From positions 12,254-76,253 of the IMG/VR virus record IMGVR_UViG_3300028048_000107: 64,000 nucleotides of DNA; one strand, 5' to 3'. The DNA comes from a virus. Lineage: Duplodnaviria; Heunggongvirae; Uroviricota; Caudoviricetes. Below the pieces are notes generated by a model. The model was not told the origin of the DNA and made no database searches. It saw only the letters and a list, made by a program, of their open reading frames with translations. Of the stretch, positions 37,703-45,111 are shown piece after piece; the stretch's first letter is position 1, and every line of letters begins with the position of its first letter. A program made the position numbers and the translations under genes.

Positions 37703-37795
37703 CTATACAACTAGTACAAATATATAAAATAAAAATTCTACTCCTAATACTGTTAATGCTCCGTACAAAAACCACTTAACACTATTTTCTGACAT
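37703..37795 (-). CDS. small hydrophobic peptide (30 aa), absent from ORF track
   Basis: ATG 37795 after GGGGAG; MSENSVKWFLYGALTVLGVEFLFYIFVLVV; immediately downstream of promoter 37831..37859. Confidence 0.25.
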   Translation of the reverse strand: MSENSVKWFLYGALTVLGVEFLFYIFVLVV

Positions 37796-37830
37796 TTCTC
37801 CCCAACTCTTTTCTTTTAATTTCTGTACAT

Positions 37831-37859
37831 AGTATAACATATTTTTGTCCCTTTGTCAA
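37831..37859 (-). promoter_or_regulatory. sigma-A-type promoter (TTGACA-N17-TATACT)
   Basis: tgtcaa 37854..37859, agtata 37831..37836 on plus strand; TGt extended -10. Confidence 0.5.
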
Positions 37860-37862
37860 GAA

Positions 37863-37890
37863 CAAAAAAGGCAGAAATTTATTTTCTGCC
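37863..37890 (-). terminator. intrinsic terminator immediately upstream of promoter
   Basis: GGCAGAAAtttatTTTCTGCC hairpin with a 7-nt T-run on the minus strand. Confidence 0.55.
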
Positions 37891-37893
37891 TTA

Positions 37894-38127
37894 AATTCCT
37901 TTACCTAATTTTTCTAATAATTTATTAAGATATTCTACTAAGTTACTTCTCAAAAAGTATAACCCGCCGATCATTGCAGTCATAGAAGCCCATTTACCTA
38001 AATCTTCCAATGAACCTAATGGGTCTAGTTTACTTCTTTCCTTTACATACCAATGTATAGATGCTGTTAACTGTTGTCCTAAAGTATATGTTAGGTTACT
38101 TGCTTGTTGTTGTACTACCTGAAACTC
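37894..38127 (-). CDS. 3' exon of IStron-interrupted gene (C-terminal ~77 codons, no start codon of its own)
   Basis: Minus-strand frame open for 77 codons from the element's right end (GEFQVVQQQASNLTYTLGQQ...LYFLRSNLVEYLNKLLEKLGKGI*); such a stop-free stretch is improbable by chance in AT-rich DNA. Confidence 0.4.
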
Positions 38128-38289
38128 CCCATAGCTGAAGCTAGAGGGTTCTTAGGTACTTGATAGCCTTTTCTTACTCTCGAAAGATACAAGTATCAAC
38201 TATCTTCCCTAAAACTTTTACAGACAAGTGCTCCACTGAACGCATTAGCGTCTGCATAAGGCCCGTTTCAAGACCTTTAATATTTTATG
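38127..38289 (-). ncRNA. candidate omega-RNA scaffold / IStron 3' region (tnpB stop to right-end hairpin)
   Basis: ~160-nt GC-richer segment (GAAACGGGCCUUAUGCAGACGCUAAUGCGUUCAGUGGAGCAC...) between tnpB stop and the right-end hairpin; by analogy to TnpB systems the guide would be the ~16-20 nt just beyond 38126. Confidence 0.3.
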
Positions 38290-39777
38290 TTAAATTCCTA
38301 CACTACTTAATAACTTTTTACCACTATCCTTAATAGAAACTAATCTTTCTATTTCTTTATTATGTAACTCTAAAAAGTTATTATATCTTTCATTACACTT
38401 TTCTAAATTAAAACTTGATAAATCTTCATTAACATTCATTATAAGAAATGCTGAATATAAATCACGTTGGACTTTGTTTCCTTCTATATTGTTCCAACGC
38501 TCATTTCGCTCCTTCTTCTTATATTCTCCAGTAACATGATTATATTGAGATGCTTTCGCTTCTCTTGTATTTATCTTTATCAACTCTTTCCCAAAATAAT
38601 GAAGCTTCCTATCTAAAATCTCTAAAAACATTGCTGGTGCTCTGTTTGCTATGGATTTTCCATAACGCTTCCTACTTAGATTCTTACCCTTCTTACTCTT
38701 CTTGGCTTCTTTTGCTTTCTTTGCTAAAGCCTTAAAATCCATATCTTCTACATAAAAGGTATCTCCTAAAGTAAGTAGATGGTTTGTAAGAAGTTCATGC
38801 TGATATTTTCTCAATACTCTCTGTTTTCTGTAAAGCTCTTTAAGCTTAAAGAGTATCTTCATATAATGATTACTTCTTACCCAATATTTTGCACCTTTCT
38901 TACAAGTTCCGTTAGCATTAAAATTATTTGGGTTAGTTGCTCTACGACTACGATCAAGCTTTCTTTGAAGTAAAAGTCTTTCTCTTTCATACCCTTGGGC
39001 TTTATCTGCAAGCTCTTTTAATGACACTTCAGTTTCAGAAGAATAGGCTATTGTAGATGTACCAATATCTATTCCTACATCCCCTTTACCTAACTTCTGA
39101 GTGAATTTACCATCAGATTTTCTTCTCTTTGCTGGACGTAAACCTTTAAATACTATCTGTAAATAATATTTACGTTTTCCTCTTATATATTTTCTGATTA
39201 CTCTGCAATAAGCAATTTCCATTGCTAAAGCTTCCACTTCATAAGAATTTTTCTCATCTATAATTACAGGAAAATTCAACCCTCCCCAAACACACATATT
39301 TTTATCTGACTTATACATAATAGCATTTTTATTATTCTTTCCTTCTAAAGACTCTACACTACCAAATTTCTTGAAGTGTATTTCTTCACCATCCTTATAA
39401 AAATACCTTACGTATGCGTCCCATACTCTATTAGCTATTGCTATAGCTATATGTGTGTTTACATGATTCTTAAAATGATATCTTAAAGATGTCATCATTC
39501 CTTGTAATCCATGTTTACTTAATCCAGTCTTTTCTCGTAAATCGTTGATTTGCCTATAAATTTCTTTATCATGTTCTGATTTATCATGCTTTAATTCTTT
39601 CATTAGGCTTCGATACTGCTTAGTCTTTTCAAGTTCTCGTAAAACTTTTAAACTCTTGTTTACCAAGGCATTATAAAGCTTTCGACCAGCTTCTATCCGC
39701 TTGTCGATAATATCTTCTTGCCACGATTCTGTTTTTAGTTTAAGTGTTAGTACAAATCTTGGTTCGTCTTTTGCCAT
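38290..39777 (-). CDS. tnpB: TnpB-like RuvC nuclease lacking the zinc finger (divergent IS200/IS605 OrfB)
   Basis: RuvC-I GIDIGTSTIA, RuvC-II YVEDMDF, RuvC-III QRDLYSAFLIMN; N-terminus RFVLTLKLKTESWQEDIIDKR...RKLYNAL parallels TnpB RLYPTxEQ...RxVYN; no Cys between RuvC-II and III. Promoter TTGACA-N17-TATAAT at 39800..39828, RBS AAGGAGG. Confidence 0.7.
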   Translation of the reverse strand: MAKDEPRFVLTLKLKTESWQEDIIDKRIEAGRKLYNALVNKSLKVLRELEKTKQYRSLMKELKHDKSEHDKEIYRQINDLREKTGLSKHGLQGMMTSLRYHFKNHVNTHIAIAIANRVWDAYVRYFYKDGEEIHFKKFGSVESLEGKNNKNAIMYKSDKNMCVWGGLNFPVIIDEKNSYEVEALAMEIAYCRVIRKYIRGKRKYYLQIVFKGLRPAKRRKSDGKFTQKLGKGDVGIDIGTSTIAYSSETEVSLKELADKAQGYERERLLLQRKLDRSRRATNPNNFNANGTCKKGAKYWVRSNHYMKILFKLKELYRKQRVLRKYQHELLTNHLLTLGDTFYVEDMDFKALAKKAKEAKKSKKGKNLSRKRYGKSIANRAPAMFLEILDRKLHYFGKELIKINTREAKASQYNHVTGEYKKKERNERWNNIEGNKVQRDLYSAFLIMNVNEDLSSFNLEKCNERYNNFLELHNKEIERLVSIKDSGKKLLSSVGI

Positions 39778-39799
39778 ATATCTCAGCCTCCTTGACTAT

Positions 39800-39828
39800 A
39801 TTATAGACCATAAAGGTCAAAATGTCAA
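39800..39828 (-). promoter_or_regulatory. sigma-A-type promoter for tnpB #3 inside the IStron
   Basis: tgtcaa 39823..39828; tataat (RC) ~39800..39805; 17-nt spacer. Confidence 0.5.
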
Positions 39829-39839
39829 GGGAAATTTTC

Positions 39840-40305
39840 ATAAAATATTAATTTTTTTAGAACCCTCTAACTTCGCGATTTGAGAGTTTGTCGTTCCCAC
39901 GGAAACGCTACCTTCCATGACGTTCTCTTATGAACTGCTTGACATTTCTGCCAAGCACAGACTATATCTTATCCATGTTACAAAATTAAATTTGTAATTT
40001 AGGTCTTATTTACTTCCCTAGTGCTTACTAGGTACTGCCCTCGTGAGGCATAGTCGTTGATCCTTTTTATTGGATGCTGATTGTCTATTTTCTACGATTA
40101 ATGTTTAGGATTTAACCTTGCATTATCCAAATCATTGTTTTTACTTTCATAACCTATTTATAGGTTGATTTGGCTTTAAGAGTTTCCAGCTATTCTAATA
40201 CTGCACTGCTTAACTTTCTCTTAAGTTAAGACTACATACAAGTTTCCCTATATGCTGATTGATTGTATTATGCTCCTATCCCCATAGCTGAAGCTAGGGG
40301 ATTGC
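39840..40305 (-). ncRNA. group I intron ribozyme core of the IStron (5' part of element)
   Basis: Minus strand: R element GAUCAACGACUAUGCC (plus 40051..40060 tagtcgttga) and S element GGAUAAGAUAUAGUCUG (plus 39959..39970 agactatatctt) ~80 nt apart; nearly identical to the R/S of nrdD intron 1; ~480 nt without any ORF. Confidence 0.55.
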
Positions 40306-40780
40306 GGAGCATGTTTAATCGGTCATGTACTCCATTTTTTAATGCTGTATTTATTACATCTTTTTGTGCATCTATATTTTTCTCTAATTCTTTATACCAT
40401 TGTTTTGCCTCATCTATATTTTTTGGCTCTACAAATGCATAAGAATTTACAATAGCTTTTGTAGTATCTGCTATTACTGTATTTACAGTTTCTTTTACTA
40501 TCTCTTTTGGTTTTTCTTTATTTTCTGTTGATAGCATTACTACTTCTTTACTTATTATTTGATCTATATCCACTACTTTTAATACAAAAGATTGTGTAGA
40601 AAAATCTTTCTTAGTTATAGTTACTGGTAATACTCCTACTTCTATTCCGCTTATTGAAGTATTTCCTAAATTATCAGTTGTTCTTTCTATTAAACCTTTT
40701 CCTTCTAAATTAAATACTACTGAAGCTTCTTTAACTGGCTCTCCTGTTAAATCTTTTGTTTGTATTTTAATTTGTGCCAT
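40306..40780 (-). CDS. 5' exon of IStron-interrupted gene
   Basis: Track ORF 40268..40780 reads through the element's left hairpin and stops 12 codons later; the real gene probably continues in 37894..38127 after splicing. Confidence 0.4.
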
Positions 40781-41135
40781 CTACAATTACCATCCTTTCT
40801 ATTATTGTATTTGCATCTTCTATTTCTACATGGGTTATCTGACCAAAAATATCAAAATCATATTTTCCTTCTCTTAACCCTGTAATAGTTATTATATTTC
40901 CCTCACCCTTTTTATATACTTTTCCTATATCTTCTATACAAAATCCAGCCTCCACATTTTGCAGAGGCTTTCCTTCTTTATTTATTACACAAAATTTTAC
41001 TGTAGCTCTATACTCACTATCTAAAAAATTAATTAATTTATTACTTAGTTTTTCTAAGTATTCATCACTATGTTTATCCATGAACCTTAATAGATACGGT
41101 ATTATTGCAGCTACTAAATTTGCTATGAATTGCAA
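40767..41135 (-). CDS. hypothetical protein
   Basis: 122-aa ORF after the holin. Confidence 0.4.
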   Translation of the reverse strand: MQFIANLVAAIIPYLLRFMDKHSDEYLEKLSNKLINFLDSEYRATVKFCVINKEGKPLQNVEAGFCIEDIGKVYKKGEGNIITITGLREGKYDFDIFGQITHVEIEDANTIIERMVIVDGTN

Positions 41136-41148
41136 CTAACTCACCTCT

Positions 41149-41487
41149 CTATTCCTCCTCCTTTAATTCATGTGGAATTTGTAATACTTTATTATATACA
41201 GAAGTTACTACCCCATTTCCACCTAAATTATGATATGCTATATACATATTACTTATATTTTCTAGTTCTTCTATTTGTATTTTTCCTATTCTACTAAAAT
41301 GATTATATGCTTGTAGTATTCGATCTCTAAGTACTGCTCTTATACCATTTTTAATAGCTTCTGATTCTTCTCGTTCTTTTTCTTTTTCTTCTTCCCTTTT
41401 CTTTAATTTAATTCCTACATACCCTACTATTATTGTCATTAGTCCTTGTAGTATTAAAGTTAAACTCATTTTATCACTTCCTGCCAA
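41149..41487 (-). CDS. putative holin (LL-H-like; single N-terminal TM)
   Basis: TM LTLILQGLMTIIVGYVGI, then charged KKREEEKEKEREE and a YHNLGGNG motif recalled from LL-H-family holins. Confidence 0.45.
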   Translation of the reverse strand: MAGSDKMSLTLILQGLMTIIVGYVGIKLKKREEEKEKEREESEAIKNGIRAVLRDRILQAYNHFSRIGKIQIEELENISNMYIAYHNLGGNGVVTSVYNKVLQIPHELKEEE

Positions 41488-43774
41488 AATGTACGCATAT
41501 TAATCTTAAGTTATCTACATAGATGGTTTCTAATGCTTTTTCTACAACATCCTCATTGTTAGTAGCATCACCATCTTCTACTATTCTTTCTGCTTCTTTG
41601 TTGGCTGGTGTTATTGAATATGTTACTCCATCATAATCTATATAAAACTCTCCACCTAAAAGGTTTACTGGATTCTTACTTAGCCTACTATCAGTTATTA
41701 CCTTTGGTAGTGGTCTATTTTTATCTAATAGTTCTATATCTACTTCTCTATCATTCTTTGTTAAGTAGTATTCCCCATACATATAATGCTTACCATCTAC
41801 TTCTTTTATTATTAATATCTCAAAATCTAAGTCTACTGGCTTTCTTATAGGCTCTACTATTGGTCTATACTCCTCATACACTTTAGGTTCAGGTTTAGGT
41901 ATAGGTTCTACTTTATTAAAGTTTATTGTTATAGGTACTGAATCTCCTATTTTTCCTTTTTCTTCATGCGAACCTGTATATGTTATGTTTATTGTTGAAC
42001 GAGGATTATTTATTTCTTGTATAAGACCTCTAACTGTATTCTTAGCATCATCTACATCTGCCCAACTATTACCATTATTTTCATGCCAACCTATTGCAAC
42101 ATATGGTTGGTCATAATTAGAATTATTATTAGGCTCATTAAATACATAACCAAATATTCCTTTTGGGTCTTTAGACCAAGCTGAATATGTATGTGTTATA
42201 CCTTCTCCTTCTCCTGTTGATGTAAAAAATATTACATCTTTAGATATTCCTGTATACCACTTAAATACTCTATTATCTTTAATGTTCTTACCTACTATAT
42301 CTGTTCTTCCACCGAGGAAATATTCATAACTTTTACCTTTTAGCATGGAAGTTACTCTCCAATTTTCTAGTGAATCAGTTATTGTAGCTAAATACTTATC
42401 ACCAACTGCATCTCCACCTTCAGTTCCTTCTTTTGCAGAATTAACTGCATTTACCCATATATTTAATATAGACTCTCTATTATCAGTACTATTATATGCA
42501 AATGTTGTTAATATATGTTTAGCTAGTTGTGTATATTGAGCATCAGTTAAATTATCAAAATCCGTAGCTTCAGTTAAACCATTTAACTTTACATTTGTAT
42601 TAAAATAAGCCTTTACTGCTTCTTGCTCATCAGTTGGTAAATGTCTATTATGATAACCTTTATATTCATCTAAGCATCTATCCCTAATAATAGCATATTC
42701 TTCACTAGTTAGATTTTCAAAGTCTTTATATACTATATTTTTTAGATAGTTTTCATAATAAAACTTAGCTAGACTTTTCATTGCAGGCTCATCTTTTACA
42801 TCGACCCCATGAGTGCTAACATTTTCATATATTTTATAAGAGTTTGCCGAATCTATATTTGAATGGAAAGTTATATTTTCTGTACCTATATCTAAAGTGC
42901 TGTTGTCTACGGCTACATTACCATAAAAGTTAATATCTTTTGCGCTTATATTACCTTTTCCACTAGGATAATTAAAATAAGTGCCAGTAGTTGATGCGTA
43001 GAATGTTAAATCTTTATCAGTAGCTATATTAGCACCTACGCTAATCATACCTTTATAATCTTTATCATAATCCGCGCCAAAAGTAAGATTTCCTGTAGAA
43101 GTTATAGGAGAATTTATATTTGTATCTACCTTAGATATTAAATTAGTATCTCCAGTAGATATAAAAGTACCATTTTCTAAATTTATATTTTCTCCTACAG
43201 CTGTAAAATTATTTACTTTTGTATCGCCTGTTATTAACACATCATCACTAGATTTTAGATAAATTTCGCCATCTTCGCCTAATTCTACTTTATCAGCCTT
43301 TATTATACCATCCATATTTATTATATTACCATGTTCATCAGGCTCAAAAGAAATTAATGGGTCAGTTGACATACTAAAATTAGCCATTATATCATCTGAA
43401 ATATTAGTTGTAGATGCTATAAATGCTCCAGTATCTATTTGGCAACCTTCACCAAAAAGAATACCATTAGGATTAATTAGTATGACTGTACCATCAGATT
43501 GTATTTTGCCAAAAATAGAGGATAGATTATTGCCTACCACTCTATTTAAGGCTATTCCACCATTTTGATTAAATCTTACTAATTCATTTCTATCTACATT
43601 AAAAGTATTCCAGTCAATAGCTACTCTATTAGTATTTTGTGTTATTACCATTGAGTTACCATCTCTAGCTATATCTGCGCTACCTGACCTAATATTTTCA
43701 CCAGTAGGTAGTGCAAAAGCAGTATTAAATGTTGCTAGTGAAGCTAAAGATATTGCTAAAGCTGAAAATTTCAA
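41474..43774 (-). CDS. secreted protein with TpsA/FhaB-type TPS domain (haemagglutinin-activity domain), 766 aa
   Basis: Sec signal MKFSALAISLASLATFNTAFA; then ITQNTNRVAIDWNTFNV...LVRFNQ...ALNRVVGNNLSSIFGKIQSDGTVILINPNGILFGEGCQIDTGAFIASTTNISDD, matching the PF05860 haemagg_act consensus (aLNRV.g...S.i.G...aNG.v.LiNPNGi.FG.ga.vd.g.lvAST.di). Confidence 0.65.
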   Translation of the reverse strand: MKFSALAISLASLATFNTAFALPTGENIRSGSADIARDGNSMVITQNTNRVAIDWNTFNVDRNELVRFNQNGGIALNRVVGNNLSSIFGKIQSDGTVILINPNGILFGEGCQIDTGAFIASTTNISDDIMANFSMSTDPLISFEPDEHGNIINMDGIIKADKVELGEDGEIYLKSSDDVLITGDTKVNNFTAVGENINLENGTFISTGDTNLISKVDTNINSPITSTGNLTFGADYDKDYKGMISVGANIATDKDLTFYASTTGTYFNYPSGKGNISAKDINFYGNVAVDNSTLDIGTENITFHSNIDSANSYKIYENVSTHGVDVKDEPAMKSLAKFYYENYLKNIVYKDFENLTSEEYAIIRDRCLDEYKGYHNRHLPTDEQEAVKAYFNTNVKLNGLTEATDFDNLTDAQYTQLAKHILTTFAYNSTDNRESILNIWVNAVNSAKEGTEGGDAVGDKYLATITDSLENWRVTSMLKGKSYEYFLGGRTDIVGKNIKDNRVFKWYTGISKDVIFFTSTGEGEGITHTYSAWSKDPKGIFGYVFNEPNNNSNYDQPYVAIGWHENNGNSWADVDDAKNTVRGLIQEINNPRSTINITYTGSHEEKGKIGDSVPITINFNKVEPIPKPEPKVYEEYRPIVEPIRKPVDLDFEILIIKEVDGKHYMYGEYYLTKNDREVDIELLDKNRPLPKVITDSRLSKNPVNLLGGEFYIDYDGVTYSITPANKEAERIVEDGDATNNEDVVEKALETIYVDNLRLICVHFGRK

Positions 43775-43791
43775 GTTATATCACCTCCAAA

Positions 43792-45108
43792 TTAACTATT
43801 TGAAGATATTGGATAGTTTATAATATAATCACCATTTGTTAGCAATCTTACTGACATAGTAGTTTTATTTGGATAATCCACATTATAATCAGTTCCATGT
43901 ACTGATTGAGTCCAGCTACCATCAATATCTACTACTGCACTTATCTCAGATAATTCTACTGAAGCATTTTCTGATGTTGCTATGAAACATTGCTTAAATG
44001 CTATACCATTTGATACATCTAATAATGCTAAAATTTCAGGTGTTAAAGCATTTATTTGTGCAATACTCATACCATCTTCTTCTATATTTGTTGATATTTT
44101 CCATGTAGAATTTGTTGCATCATATACTTTGTATGTAGTTAAATCTGTAGTTATTGCAAATTTAACTGTAACATCTGTTATTGTATTTGTTATATTTATA
44201 GATTGTACTGTTGATAATGCTCCTGTATTTATTAGTGAAGTTGGTGTTATTGTTTGTGTTTTGGGCTGACCTGTTACTTTTACATTTACTGAAGAAGCAT
44301 TATCTGTTAATACTCTAAATGGAGATATTGATGCTAAATCTTGTATAGATGGTATTTCAATACTAAATGATGGTACTAATGCTTCTTTTTCTGCGTTTGT
44401 AAGTCCACTCCAATTATTAGTTAAATTAGTTAATGATGTACCTGTATATAAATTGTTATTTGAAAGATATGCATAAAACGACATATCCAAATAACCAGTG
44501 GGAGGTGTAAAATCTTCTGTCCATAGTGCTTTTCCCTTAATCAGGCAGAAATCATCCAAATAACCTCTATACATATCAGATGATGAGGTTGTCGGCCCCC
44601 ATCCACCTAAACCAAAATAACTACTTCCACTACCAATATCTTCATTTATAGCACTTGAATATGTATATACTAATTCTCCATTATAAAAGCACCTTATTAT
44701 ATCATCTTTTCTTGTCATTGCTAAATGTACCCATGTATTAGTTGGTACATTTATAGCTAAATTTGCACGAAATATAGCACTACCAGAAGAATTCCAAATA
44801 CCAAAGTCAATTATTGCACCATTATCTAACCATGGAGCAATATACAATCCACTAACATCACCGGACGGAATAGCTCCACCTGTATTAGATATTGCATTAG
44901 CCCAATATGCCACTGTAAAATCTACACCAACAGGAATAACTAATGGACTCATAACAGTATACATTTGACCCGTATTAAATTTGAGCGAATAATCACCAAA
45001 TTTTGTTGTTGATGTATCTATAGCAACATTAGAAGTTGTCCACTCATTTCCAGCTAAATCTACTATACCATCTGCTGTTCCTCTTAATCTTACTAAAAAT
45101 TCTGCCAT
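43792..45108 (-). CDS. tail fibre/receptor-binding protein with LamG/ConA-like lectin domain
   Basis: LRGTADGIVDLAGNEWT...FTVAYWA...WVHLAMTRKDDIIRCFYNGELVY...GLGGWG...YRGYLDDFCLIKGKALWTEDFTPP (Laminin_G_3-like); same domain in 45112..46629 and 50810..54487. Confidence 0.5.
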   Translation of the reverse strand: MAEFLVRLRGTADGIVDLAGNEWTTSNVAIDTSTTKFGDYSLKFNTGQMYTVMSPLVIPVGVDFTVAYWANAISNTGGAIPSGDVSGLYIAPWLDNGAIIDFGIWNSSGSAIFRANLAINVPTNTWVHLAMTRKDDIIRCFYNGELVYTYSSAINEDIGSGSSYFGLGGWGPTTSSSDMYRGYLDDFCLIKGKALWTEDFTPPTGYLDMSFYAYLSNNNLYTGTSLTNLTNNWSGLTNAEKEALVPSFSIEIPSIQDLASISPFRVLTDNASSVNVKVTGQPKTQTITPTSLINTGALSTVQSINITNTITDVTVKFAITTDLTTYKVYDATNSTWKISTNIEEDGMSIAQINALTPEILALLDVSNGIAFKQCFIATSENASVELSEISAVVDIDGSWTQSVHGTDYNVDYPNKTTMSVRLLTNGDYIINYPISSNS

Positions 45109-45111
45109 ATA

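Larger units (their letters stand above)
38127..40305 (-). mobile_element. chimeric group I intron + TnpB element (IStron-like) inserted in a phage gene
   Basis: Both ends carry the same hairpin TCCCCATAGCtgaaGCTAG(G/A)GG (40279..40305 and 38126..38152, same orientation, IS200/IS605-style subterminal palindromes, not a target duplication); group I R/S elements at the 5' end, tnpB in the middle, structured 3' region up to the right-end hairpin. Confidence 0.6.

Noticed and set aside
38126-40305. Reading the 20+-bp direct repeat TCCCCATAGCTGAAGCTAG at both ends of the TnpB element as a target-site duplication
   Set aside because: Too long for a TSD, the flanking reading frames are out of phase by 1 relative to the two copies, and each copy is itself an imperfect palindrome. 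It fits IS200/IS605-type subterminal hairpins present at both LE and RE.
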